DNA of 64,000 nucleotides from an uncultured Verrucomicrobiota bacterium (GCA_964466945.1 CAYXPA010000006.1:189-64188); one strand, 5' to 3'; numbered from the stretch's first letter, positions 8,256 through 17,271 are shown. Notes: generated by a model from the letters alone, not told the origin. Made by a program: numbers and translations.

Positions 8256-9203
8256 ATGAAAAGCCTCAAACCTGTTGGTCCCATGAATTCCGTGACCCCC
8301 GCGCCCCTGTCCCGCCGCGAATTCCTCGGTCAAACCGCCGTCCTCGCCGGCACGGCCCTGCTCGCGCCCCTGAGCGCGCGCGCCGCGGACACCCCCGGCA
8401 AACGCTCCCACGCCGACCAGGTCCCGCTGGGCAACACCGGGCTGCGGTGCAGTCGGCTGGGCATCGGCACCGGCAGCCACAGCGGCAACGTCCAAAAAGC
8501 CCTGGGCAAGGACGCCTTTGTGCGCCTGATCCATTACGCCTTCGACCACGGCATTACCTACATTGACTGCGCCCAGAGCTACGCGACCTTCGAGTGGATC
8601 GGCGACGCCATCAAAGGACTGCCCCGCGAGAAACTCTTCCTCCAGTCCAAGATTGGCGGGCAACCCGAGAAAATCCTCGAGGTCATTGACCGGCACCGCC
8701 GGGTCTTCGACACCGATTACGTGGACAGCCTGCTGGTTCACTGCATGGTCAAGGACCGCTGGACCGACGATTGGAAACGCATCCTGGACGGTTTCGACGA
8801 GGCCCAGCAGCGCCGCTGGATTCGCGTCAAGGGCGTTTCCTGTCACAGCCTGCCCGCCCTGCGCACCGCGGCCGACTCGCCCTGGCCGCAAATCCACCTG
8901 GTCCGTCTCAACCCCCAGGGCGCCCACCTGGACACCCCGGCCGAGACCTGGAACGCCCGCAGCGACGCCTCCCACCTCCCGCCCGTGGTCGAGCAACTCC
9001 GCCGCCTGCGCGCGCAGCACCGCGGCATCCTGGGCATGAAGCTGGTGGGCGATGGCGACTTCACCCGTCCGGAAGACCGCGAGGCGGCCATGCAATACGT
9101 CATGAAATCCGGTCTGGTGGACGCGGTGGTCATCGGCTTCAAAAGCCCTGCCGAGATTGACGAATCCATCGAGCGCATGAACCGCGCCCTGGCCGGGGCT
9201 TGA
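8256..9203 (+). CDS. aldo/keto reductase with twin-arginine signal peptide
   Basis: LSRREFLGQTAVLAGTALLAPLSARA Tat-type signal followed by an AKR fold (GITYIDCAQSY). ATG at 8256; alternative ATG at 8283. Confidence 0.75.
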   Translation: MKSLKPVGPMNSVTPAPLSRREFLGQTAVLAGTALLAPLSARAADTPGKRSHADQVPLGNTGLRCSRLGIGTGSHSGNVQKALGKDAFVRLIHYAFDHGITYIDCAQSYATFEWIGDAIKGLPREKLFLQSKIGGQPEKILEVIDRHRRVFDTDYVDSLLVHCMVKDRWTDDWKRILDGFDEAQQRRWIRVKGVSCHSLPALRTAADSPWPQIHLVRLNPQGAHLDTPAETWNARSDASHLPPVVEQLRRLRAQHRGILGMKLVGDGDFTRPEDREAAMQYVMKSGLVDAVVIGFKSPAEIDESIERMNRALAGA

Positions 9204-9437
9204 ATCACCGGCTCCCCTGCGCCCGTCGCGGGACGCACCGTCCCCGCAGCCGGACTTGCCAAGGCCGTGCTCGTGGCGCTTTATTGGGGCGATGCACCGC
9301 ACGACACGGCGGCGGGACTCCGAACCAAGGACTGCGAGCGGCGGGCAGCGACGCTCCTCCGCCGCGCCGGTTGACCATCCGCCAACCGTATCTCCCGTTG
9401 CCATCTCGCGCGGGAGCGCTTCAACTTTCCGCGTTTT

Positions 9438-9923
9438 ATGAACCCCAAACTACTCATCATCACCGACCTTGGCTCCCTCAAGGCCTACCAACTGGGCACC
9501 ACGCCCCGCGGCACCCCCCGGCTCGAACCGCTCGAAGAAATCGCCCTGACCGAGGCGCATCAACGCCTGGTGGACCGCGTGAGTGACCTGGCCGGACGCC
9601 GCGCCGCGCCGGCCCGCAACAACAACATGGCGGCCCCGGTGGGGGACGACCACAACCTCAAACTTGAAACCCGCCGCCGGCTTACCCGTGAAATCGCCGG
9701 CCACATCCTCCGCCTGGCCCGTCAGCATCCCGAGGCCAGCCTGTGGCTGGCGGCGCACAAAGCCATCAACCACCAGGTCTGCGACGCCCTGCCCAACGGC
9801 GTGCGCGAGCGCGTGGAGTTGAACCTTGCCCGCGACCTGGTCAAGGCCGACACCCGCGAGTTGCTCGCCGTCTTCGGGCCGTTGCTCAACCCCGTGCGCC
9901 CCGAAGCGCGGCCTCGGCGCTAA
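9438..9923 (+). CDS. host-attachment-protein (Hap) family protein
   Basis: The 161-aa protein matches my memory of the Hap/PF10116 pattern: LLIITDLGSLKAY at the N-terminus, central DLAGRR, and C-terminal LWLAAHKAI...ARDLVK. Confidence 0.6.
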   Translation: MNPKLLIITDLGSLKAYQLGTTPRGTPRLEPLEEIALTEAHQRLVDRVSDLAGRRAAPARNNNMAAPVGDDHNLKLETRRRLTREIAGHILRLARQHPEASLWLAAHKAINHQVCDALPNGVRERVELNLARDLVKADTRELLAVFGPLLNPVRPEARPRR

Positions 9924-9944
9924 ACCGCTTTCCCCACCCCGCCC

Positions 9945-11057
9945 ATGCGCTGGTCCCTCAAGATCGCCCGCGTCGCCGGCATCGAAGTCCGGTTGCACCT
10001 CACCTTCCTGCTGTTCCTGGCTTGGATCGGCTTCAGCTACTACCAACTGGGCGGGGCGCCCGCCGCCACGCAGGGCGTGCTGTTCATCCTGGCCTTGTTC
10101 GGGTGCGTGCTGCTGCACGAGTTCGGCCACGCGCTGGCCGCGCGCGCCTTTGGGATTCACACGCCGGACATCACCCTGCTGCCCATCGGCGGGGTGGCCC
10201 GGCTCCAGCGCATGCCGGACAAGCCTTGGCAGGAACTGGTCGTGGCCGTGGCCGGCCCGCTCGTCAACGTCCTGATCGCCGCCGTCATGATCCTTGCCCT
10301 GAACCAGCGCCCGGCCTGGGACCCGCTCGAGCGCCTGAACCATCCGGGCACGGGGATGCTCTCCAAACTGGTGGCGGTCAACATCATGCTGGTGCTCTTC
10401 AACCTGATCCCGGCGTTTCCCATGGACGGCGGGCGCGTCCTGCGCTCGCTCCTGGCCATGTTCCTGCCCTACAGCCGCGCTACGCACATCGCCGCCACCA
10501 TCGGCCAGGCGCTGGCCTTTGTCTTCGGCTTCATCGGCCTGTTCTCCAACCCGATGCTCATTTTCATCGCCTTCTTCATCTTCCTGGGCGCGCAGGCCGA
10601 GGCCTCCGTGGCCCACCTCAAGGACATCAGCCTGGGCGTGCCCGTGGCCGAGGCCATGATGACGCATCTGGTGCGCCTGCCCCCGCAGGCCACGTTGGAT
10701 GACGCGGTCGAGGCCCTCTTGCGCACCGCCCAACACGAGTTCCCGGTCGTGGACGAGACCGACCGCATTCTGGGCGTGCTGACGCGCGACGACATGATCG
10801 CCGCGTTCAAAAAACACGGGCCGCGGGCGCCGGTGGTCGAATTCATGCGCCGGGACCTGCCGGTGGTCTCGGCCTACGACCCCTTCGAGGAGGCCTTTCG
10901 CGAAATGCAGGAATGCGGTTGCCCGGCCCTGCCGGTGGTGGACCGCACCGGGCGTTTCGTGGGCCTGATCACCCCGGAAAACGTCGGCGAAATGATGCTC
11001 GTGCGTTCGCTCCGTCCGCCCGCGGGCCGCCCGGCCTGGCGCCCGGTCGGGGCGTGA
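9945..11057 (+). CDS. site-2 protease (peptidase M50) with tandem CBS domains
   Basis: HEFGHAL zinc motif, NLIPAFPMDGGRV motif, multiple TM helices and a C-terminal CBS pair. Confidence 0.85.
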   Translation: MRWSLKIARVAGIEVRLHLTFLLFLAWIGFSYYQLGGAPAATQGVLFILALFGCVLLHEFGHALAARAFGIHTPDITLLPIGGVARLQRMPDKPWQELVVAVAGPLVNVLIAAVMILALNQRPAWDPLERLNHPGTGMLSKLVAVNIMLVLFNLIPAFPMDGGRVLRSLLAMFLPYSRATHIAATIGQALAFVFGFIGLFSNPMLIFIAFFIFLGAQAEASVAHLKDISLGVPVAEAMMTHLVRLPPQATLDDAVEALLRTAQHEFPVVDETDRILGVLTRDDMIAAFKKHGPRAPVVEFMRRDLPVVSAYDPFEEAFREMQECGCPALPVVDRTGRFVGLITPENVGEMMLVRSLRPPAGRPAWRPVGA

Positions 11058-11407
11058 AATGCTGTCCGCTTGACCCCGTGAAACTCCCCCGAGTCACTGT
11101 GGACACCGCGGCTGAATTGTACGAGCCCAACCCGGCCGCCCTCTACACCCTCGAAGAAGTGGTCCGCCTCACGCACCTGCCCCGCCGGCAAATCGTGCGC
11201 TACTGCCAGTGCGGCCTGGTGGCCCCGGTCGCCGCGCCCGAGGCCGGCGGCTGGACCTTCAACGACGAGGGCCTCCGCCGCTTGCGCCGGCTCGACGCGC
11301 TGCGCCAAAGCTACGACGTCAACCTGCCGGCCTTGCGGCTCATCATGGAACTCATGGACGAAGTCGAGCGGCTGCGCCAGGAACTGCGCTTCTTGCGCGC
11401 GTTCTAG
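11054..11407 (+). CDS. MerR-type HTH protein, HspR/CbpM-like
   Basis: YTLEEVVRLTHLPRRQIVRYCQCGLV HTH followed by a C-terminal coiled coil. The proposed GTG start at 11054 overlaps the M50 stop (GTGA). The start is uncertain; other in-frame GTGs lie at 11078 and 11099. Confidence 0.6.
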   Translation: MKCCPLDPVKLPRVTVDTAAELYEPNPAALYTLEEVVRLTHLPRRQIVRYCQCGLVAPVAAPEAGGWTFNDEGLRRLRRLDALRQSYDVNLPALRLIMELMDEVERLRQELRFLRAF

Positions 11408-11437
11408 CCCCGCCACCGTGCTCGCGCCGCCACTGCC

Positions 11438-12451
11438 ATGCCCGTCGAGTTCAAAGACTACTACGCCATCCTGGGCGTCCCGCGCGACGCCTCGGAGGAG
11501 GACATCAAGAAAGCCTTCCGCAAACTCGCCCGCCAGTACCACCCGGACGTGGCCCGCGACAAAAAGGCCGCCGAGGAGAAGTTCAAGGAGATCAACGAGG
11601 CCTACGAGGTCCTGAGCGACCCGGCCAAACGCAAAAAGTACGACACCCTCGGCGCCCAATGGCACGCCGGCGCGGGCTTCGAGCCGCCCCCCGGCTGGGA
11701 GTCGGCCCGCGGCGCGCGCTGGGCCAGCCCGGACGGTACACAGGCCTTCGAGTTCCACTTCGGCGGCACCGGCTTCAGCGACTTCTTCGAGCAGTTCTTT
11801 GGCCGGGGCGGACTCGATGACCTCCTGCGCCAGGCCCGGGCGGGCCGGGGCGCGGGGGCGCCGCCGGAAGACTTCGAGGAAACCGCCGCCGCAGGCCGGC
11901 GCGGGCAGGACATCGAGGGCGACCTCCTGGTCACACTCGAAGAGGCCTTCCACGGGGCGGTGCGCAGCATCTCCTTGCAGAAAACCGACCCCCGCACCGG
12001 CCGCACCGAGACGCACACGTTCAAAGTGCGCATCCCCGCCGGCGTGCAGGACGGCCAAACCATCCGCGTGCCCGGCAAGGGTGGGGAGGGCTATGGCGGC
12101 GGACCACCCGGCGACCTTTACCTGCGCGTGCGCCTGGCCGCTCACCCGTGGTTCCGCGCCCGCGGCAGCGACCTTTACTACGACCTGGACCTCGCCCCAT
12201 GGGAGGCGGTTTTGGGGGCCACGGTCGAAATCCCCACCCTCGACGGCAAGGTCACCGTGCGCATCCCGCCCGGCACCTCCAGCGGCCGGCAACTCCGTGT
12301 GCGGGGTCGCGGCCTGCCGCGTGGCGCCGGTGAGCGGGGCGACCTGTACGTGGTGGTAAACCTCGAGGTGCCGGACCACCTCAGCGCCGAGGAACGGCAC
12401 CTTTGGGAACAACTGCGCCGCGTCTCCCGCTTCAATCCGCGACAGACCTGA
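11438..12451 (+). CDS. cbpA: DnaJ-class co-chaperone without zinc finger (CbpA-like)
   Basis: J domain (DYYAILGV...HPD) plus DnaJ C-terminal domains, with no CxxCxGxG repeats. Confidence 0.85.
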   Translation: MPVEFKDYYAILGVPRDASEEDIKKAFRKLARQYHPDVARDKKAAEEKFKEINEAYEVLSDPAKRKKYDTLGAQWHAGAGFEPPPGWESARGARWASPDGTQAFEFHFGGTGFSDFFEQFFGRGGLDDLLRQARAGRGAGAPPEDFEETAAAGRRGQDIEGDLLVTLEEAFHGAVRSISLQKTDPRTGRTETHTFKVRIPAGVQDGQTIRVPGKGGEGYGGGPPGDLYLRVRLAAHPWFRARGSDLYYDLDLAPWEAVLGATVEIPTLDGKVTVRIPPGTSSGRQLRVRGRGLPRGAGERGDLYVVVNLEVPDHLSAEERHLWEQLRRVSRFNPRQT

Positions 12452-12480
12452 ACCCCGCGCGCTCCCCGCCGAGTTACCCC

Positions 12481-13194
12481 ATGCTCCCCCTGCGCGACGA
12501 CATTCCCAGCCGGCATTTCCCGGTGGTCACGCTCACCCTCATTGCGGTGAACGGGCTGGTGTTTTTCTGGGAACTGAGCCTGGGGCCGCGGCTGGCGGAG
12601 GTGCTGTTGCACCTGGGCATCTTGCCGGTGCGGTACACTGTGGGCGAGGTGGCGGCGCTCTTTAGCTGGCCCGAACAGGCCCTGCCGTTTTTCACCTCGA
12701 TGTTCCTGCACGGCGGCTGGACGCATCTGTTGGGCAACATGTGGACGCTCTGGGTCTTTGGCGACAACGTCGAGGACCGCCTGGGGCGGCGGCGCTTCCT
12801 GGTCTTCTACCTGGTGGGCGGGGTGGCGGCGGCCTGGCTCCACATCGTCACCAATCCGACCTCCGCCGTGCCCACCATCGGCGCCAGCGGCGCCATCGCC
12901 GCGGTCATGGGCGGCTACTTCCGACTCTATCCCCACGCCCGCGTCGCCATGCTCATCCCGCCGTTTTTCCTGGGCCCGTACTTTGTGGTCCCGGCGGTGG
13001 TCTTTCTGGGCTGGTGGTTCATCCTCCAGTTCTTCAACGGCACGCTCAGTCTGCTGGCCCGGCCGGACGCGGCGGGCGGCATCGCCTGGTGGGCGCACAT
13101 TGGCGGGTTCGTGTTCGGGGCCCTGCTCTGCAGCGTGGTCAAGGTCCGCCACTTCTACCGCCGCCACCACGAGGAGGAAGAAGGCCTCTGGTGA
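12481..13194 (+). CDS. rhomboid family intramembrane serine protease
   Basis: GASGAI catalytic Ser motif, WAHIGG His motif and six predicted TM segments. ATG at 12481. Confidence 0.85.
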   Translation: MLPLRDDIPSRHFPVVTLTLIAVNGLVFFWELSLGPRLAEVLLHLGILPVRYTVGEVAALFSWPEQALPFFTSMFLHGGWTHLLGNMWTLWVFGDNVEDRLGRRRFLVFYLVGGVAAAWLHIVTNPTSAVPTIGASGAIAAVMGGYFRLYPHARVAMLIPPFFLGPYFVVPAVVFLGWWFILQFFNGTLSLLARPDAAGGIAWWAHIGGFVFGALLCSVVKVRHFYRRHHEEEEGLW

Positions 13195-13311
13195 CCCGCC
13201 GGGACCCGCCGCCCGGCGGCCTCTTCGCGGCTTCGCGCGCCGGCCCCGCGCACGCTCGCCGCCTGTGGCATTGCGCCCCGGTCCGTTCGCGGTTAAACCC
13301 TGCCCCGTCAC

Positions 13312-14439
13312 ATGGACCGACCGCCCCAACCGCTGGACCTGGAACGCCTCAAAGTCCGGCCACTGGCCGAGCGCCGGAGCCTGTCCGCGCTCGAGGAAAT
13401 CCTCGTCGAACCGGCCCACGACCCGCCGCCCCTGCCCGAACCGTTGCTCGCTCAGGTGGCCGCGTGCGCCGGACACATCCGCGCCGCCCGCCAGCGCGGC
13501 GCCGGCGTGATGCTCATCTACGGGGCGCACCTGATCAAAAACGGCGGCCAACTGCTGCTGGTGCGTTTCCTGGACCACGGCTGGGTCACGCACCTGGCCA
13601 CCAACGGCGCCGGCACCATTCACGACTGGGAATTCTCCTGGCTGGGCCGCTCGACCGAGAGCGTGCGGGACAACGTCGCCACCGGCACCTTCGGCACTTG
13701 GGACGAAACCGGCCGCCACATCCACACCGCGCTCCTGTTGGGCGGCGTGCGCGGCGAGGGCTACGGCCGTGCGCTGGGCCGTTACATCTACCAGGACGGC
13801 GGCGTGGTGCCCGACCCCGCCGAACTCGAGGCGGCCATCCGCCAGAATCCCGCCGACCCTCTCACCGGCGCGCGCGCCGACCTGTTGGCCGCCATCCGGC
13901 GCCACGGCCTGACGCCCGGCCCGCTCCTGGTCAATCACCGCTGGCGCAACGTTTCGCCCCTGGCCAACGCCTTCCGCCACGACGTGCCCTTCACCGTGCA
14001 CCCGGGCATCGGCTACGACATCATCACCAACCACCCGCTGTTCAACGGCGCGGTCCTGGGCCGCGCCGCGGGGCTGGACTTCCGCCAGTTCGCCGGCTCG
14101 GTGGACACGTTGGACGGCGGCGTGGTGCTCAACATCGGCTCGGCCATCATGGGCCCGCAGGTCTTCGAAAAGGCCCTCAGTTGCGTCCACAACCTCCGCC
14201 GCCAGGCCGGCCGGCCCCTCGTGCGCGGCCACCACCTCTACGTGGTGGACATCCAGGACGGCGGCGGCTGGGACTGGACCCGCGGCGAACCGCCCCGCGA
14301 CAACCCGGCTTACTACCTGCGCTTCTGCAAGAGCTTCGCCCGCATGGGCGGCACCCTCCACTACGTCCAGTGCGACAACGTGGCCTTCCTGCATCACCTC
14401 TTCCACGCCCTCGCCCGGCTCCAGCCCGCCCCCGCATGA
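13312..14439 (+). CDS. deoxyhypusine-synthase-like (DHS-like NAD-binding fold) protein, function unknown
   Basis: The pattern VMLIYGAHLIKNGG...HLATNGAGTIHDWE...VLNIGSAIMGPQ resembles DHS-family motifs. The call is from memory and was not HMM-verified. Confidence 0.45.
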   Translation: MDRPPQPLDLERLKVRPLAERRSLSALEEILVEPAHDPPPLPEPLLAQVAACAGHIRAARQRGAGVMLIYGAHLIKNGGQLLLVRFLDHGWVTHLATNGAGTIHDWEFSWLGRSTESVRDNVATGTFGTWDETGRHIHTALLLGGVRGEGYGRALGRYIYQDGGVVPDPAELEAAIRQNPADPLTGARADLLAAIRRHGLTPGPLLVNHRWRNVSPLANAFRHDVPFTVHPGIGYDIITNHPLFNGAVLGRAAGLDFRQFAGSVDTLDGGVVLNIGSAIMGPQVFEKALSCVHNLRRQAGRPLVRGHHLYVVDIQDGGGWDWTRGEPPRDNPAYYLRFCKSFARMGGTLHYVQCDNVAFLHHLFHALARLQPAPA

Positions 14440-15464
14440 ACCGCGCCCGCTTCGAAACCCTCACCGCCCGTTACCCCGCCCTGCGCCTCGCCGTGGTGGG
14501 CGATTTCTGCCTGGACCGCTACCTCGAAATAGACCCCGCGCGCGCCGAGACCTCGCTCGAGACCGGCTTGCCCGTGTACAACGTCGTCAACGTCCGCAGC
14601 CAGCCCGGCGCAGCCGGCACCATCCTCAACAACCTGGCCGCCCTGGGCGCGGCCACGCTCTACCCGGTGGGCTTCTGCGGCGAAGACGGCGAAGGCTACG
14701 AACTTCAGCGCGCCCTGCGCGCCCGCCCCGGCGTGCGGCTGGACCACTTCCTGGCCACGCCCCGGCGCCGCACCTTCACCTACTGCAAACCGCTGGTACT
14801 CGAACCCGGTCGCCCACCCCGCGAACTCAACCGCCTGGACTCCAAAAACTGGTCCCCCACGCCGCCCGAGGTCGAAGACCGCCTCCGCGACTCCGTGCGC
14901 GCCCTGGCCCCCGGCGTGGACGCCCTCATCGTCCTGGACCAGGTGGACCTGCCCGACACCGGCGTCGTTACCCGGCGCGTGCTTGAGACCCTCGACGAAA
15001 TCTCCCGCGCCCACCCGGACAAGTCGATCATTGCCGACAGCCGCCGCGGCCTGCGCGACTTCCCGCCCCTGACCTTCAAAATGAACGGCCGCGAGCTGGG
15101 CGCCCTCACCGGCGCCGGACCCCTGCGCGAAATCGAGCCGGTGCGCCGCCACGCCCGCGAACTGGCCGCGCGCAACGGCAAACCCGTCTTCGTCACCCTG
15201 GCCGAACAGGGCATCGTGGGCGCCGCGCCGGACGGCCGGGTCGAGCACGTCCCCGCCCTCCCCGTGCGGGGGGAAATTGACATCGTGGGCGCCGGGGACG
15301 CCGTGACGGCCAACCTCGCCTGCGCCCTGACCGCCGGCGCCTCGCTGCGCGAAGCCATGGAACTGGCCATGGCCGCCGCCTCCCACGTCATCCATCAGCT
15401 CGGCACCACGGGCACCGCCTCGGTGGCCGACCTCCGCGCCCTCGCCGTCGGCCCGGCCTCGTAG
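14436..15464 (+). CDS. PfkB-family carbohydrate kinase (RfaE domain I / ribokinase-like)
   Basis: DIVGAGDAVTANLACAL anion-hole motif. ATG at 14436 overlaps the upstream stop (ATGA). In frame in ORF 12741..15464. Confidence 0.8.
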   Translation: MNRARFETLTARYPALRLAVVGDFCLDRYLEIDPARAETSLETGLPVYNVVNVRSQPGAAGTILNNLAALGAATLYPVGFCGEDGEGYELQRALRARPGVRLDHFLATPRRRTFTYCKPLVLEPGRPPRELNRLDSKNWSPTPPEVEDRLRDSVRALAPGVDALIVLDQVDLPDTGVVTRRVLETLDEISRAHPDKSIIADSRRGLRDFPPLTFKMNGRELGALTGAGPLREIEPVRRHARELAARNGKPVFVTLAEQGIVGAAPDGRVEHVPALPVRGEIDIVGAGDAVTANLACALTAGASLREAMELAMAAASHVIHQLGTTGTASVADLRALAVGPAS

Positions 15465-15593
15465 CGCAGGTTTCCAACCTGCTGTATCGCCGACTTCCAG
15501 TCGGCAGACCGCCGGAATACAGCAGCGCCGCGGAACACGCCCGCATCTGCGGGTTGGAAACCCGCGATCCGGCAGACCGGAGGTCTGCGCTAC
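15461..15593 (+). repeat. 133-bp REPIN-like unit, copy 2
   Basis: GTAGCGCAGGTTTCCAACCTGC...GCAGACCGGAGGTCTGCGCTAC. Its GTAG head contains the TAG stop of the upstream CDS. Confidence 0.9.
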
Positions 15594-15618
15594 GTTGCCG
15601 ACGCGCGCCCCCGTAGCG

Positions 15619-15674
15619 CCGGCCTCCGGCCTCCGGCCTCCGGTATCCTGTATCCGGCATCCGGCATCCGGCAT
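15619..15674 (+). repeat. 7-bp tandem repeat tract (8 units)
   Basis: CCGGCCT x3, CCGGTAT, CCTGTAT, CCGGCAT x3. Confidence 0.9.
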
Positions 15675-15878
15675 CCCCCTTCTCACTCCTCGCTTCTCAC
15701 TTCTGATTCGGTAGGGCTCCGCTGCGCCGGCGCCGCTCGCCCGGCCGCGCCGCAGCGCGGCCCTACCGACAGCGCCGGCCAGCCGGCCTGCCTGCGCCAT
15801 GCGAAGCGCGGCAGGCAGGCGCACTCCATACGCTCCGCGACTGTGCGGGCGCTCGACTCGCGCGCCAGCGTTTGGAGT

Positions 15879-15904
15879 GCGGCAGCTTGCTGCCGCTTTC
15901 TTGC
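15879..15904 (+). terminator. terminator-like hairpin module of the repeat (GCGGCAG-CTTG-CTGCCGC + TTTCTTGC)
   Basis: 7-bp GC stem, tetraloop and T-rich tail. This is the only intrinsic-terminator-like structure downstream of the 9438-15464 gene string. Confidence 0.35.
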
Positions 15905-15989
15905 ACAAGGTGGTTGACCAAGTTGACAGTGCTGCCCGGAACCAACGGAGTTATTTCGGCTGAAGGTTACACCGCAAAGCAGGGGCCGG

Positions 15990-17084
15990 TTATGCGGGAG
16001 AGGGGGTGGCGGCGCGCTTGGCGAGGATGGCGTCCACGATTTTTTGGGCGAGGTCGGGTTTTTCGACGAGGAGTTTTTGGGCGGCGTCGCGTCCCTGGCC
16101 GATGAGTTCGCCGCCGAATTGGAGCCAGGCGCCTTTTTTCTCGAGGACGCCGTGTTCGAGGGCGACGTCCAGGATGTTGCCTTCGCGGTTGATGCCGTGG
16201 TTGAAGAGGATGTCGAATTCGGCTTCGGCGAAGGGGGGGGCGACCTTGTTTTTGACGACCTTGGTTTTGACGTGGTTGCCGATGACGTTGCCGGCGGGGT
16301 CTTTGATGGCGTCTTTGCGGCGGATGTCGATGCGGACGCTGGCGTAGAATTTGAGGGCTTTGCCGCCGGGGGTGGTTTCGGGGTTGCCGAAGAGGACGCC
16401 GACTTTTTCGCGGATTTGGTTGGTGAAGATGCAGGCGGTTTTGGCCTTGGCGAGGATGGCGGTGAGTTTGCGGAGGGCCTGGCTCATGAGGCGGGCCTGC
16501 ATGCCCATGGTGGCCATACCCATTTCGCCTTCGAGTTCGGCCTTGGGGACGAGGGCGGCGACGGAGTCAATGACGATGACGTCCAGCGCGTTGGAGCGGG
16601 CGAGGGTTTCGCAGATGGTGAGGGCTTCTTCGCCGCTGTCGGGCTGGGAGACCAGGAGGTCGTCGAGGTTGACGCCGAGTTTTTTGGCGTAGGCGGGGTC
16701 GAGGGCGTGCTCGGCGTCAATGAAAGCGGCCAGGCCACCGGCTTTTTGGGCGTTGGCGATGACGTGGAGCATGAGGGTGGTTTTGCCGGAGGACTCGGGG
16801 CCGAAGATTTCGACGATGCGGCCACGGGGAATGCCGCCGACGCCCAGGGCGAGGTCCAGGCCGAGGGCGCCGGTGGGGATGACTTCGATTTTGACGCGGG
16901 CGCGTTCGTCGCCCAGGCGCATGATGCTGCCTTCGCCGTAGGTTTTGGTGATGGTGGAGATGGCGGCGTCGAGGTCGCGCTGGCGGGCGGCGTCGCGGCG
17001 GGCCTTTTCGGGCTCGGGGGCAGGGGCCGGGGCGGCGGGTTGGGGTTTATCGGGGGCGGTTTTTTCGGGCGTCTTGGGCGGCAT
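15990..17084 (-). CDS. recA: recombinase RecA
   Basis: GPESSGKTT Walker A and full RecA core. Carries a ~30-aa Pro/Ala/Lys-rich N-terminal extension. Confidence 0.95.
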   Translation of the reverse strand: MPPKTPEKTAPDKPQPAAPAPAPEPEKARRDAARQRDLDAAISTITKTYGEGSIMRLGDERARVKIEVIPTGALGLDLALGVGGIPRGRIVEIFGPESSGKTTLMLHVIANAQKAGGLAAFIDAEHALDPAYAKKLGVNLDDLLVSQPDSGEEALTICETLARSNALDVIVIDSVAALVPKAELEGEMGMATMGMQARLMSQALRKLTAILAKAKTACIFTNQIREKVGVLFGNPETTPGGKALKFYASVRIDIRRKDAIKDPAGNVIGNHVKTKVVKNKVAPPFAEAEFDILFNHGINREGNILDVALEHGVLEKKGAWLQFGGELIGQGRDAAQKLLVEKPDLAQKIVDAILAKRAATPSPA

Positions 17085-17107
17085 AGGGTTTTGCTGTGTT
17101 GGAGGGG

Positions 17108-17136
17108 TAGTTAAGCGGGCGCGGGAGGCAAGTCAA
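17108..17136 (-). promoter_or_regulatory. candidate sigma70-type promoter of recA
   Basis: Minus strand reads TTGACT-17 nt-TAACTA, about 25 nt upstream of the recA ATG. Sequence pattern only. Confidence 0.3.
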
Positions 17137-17271
17137 TGCCGGGGTATGCGCTGGGCAGGCGCGCAGGTGCGCCAGTTGATCGCAGACGGGGTTTCTTGTC
17201 GGCTTGCAGAAAAGCCGCGGTACGTTCCACAGTGGTTCCGACGCGGTTGGGTCCCGAGCCGCCCGTCACCG

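Larger units (their letters stand above)
15461..15904. repeat. mosaic palindromic repeat locus 2
   Basis: Module order is 133-bp unit, heptamers, polypyrimidine module, GC-rich module, long hairpin, terminator-like hairpin. It lies between the convergent pfkB-like gene and recA. Confidence 0.9.

Noticed and set aside
12741-15464. The 907-aa ORF spanning the rhomboid and DHS-like genes in another frame. Similarly, the 823-aa ORF 3465-5936 and the 548-aa ORF 4254-5900.
   Set aside because: Only the C-terminal portions (PfkB kinase, RmuC, TonB) have recognisable domains and proper start contexts. The upstream parts overlap other well-supported genes.
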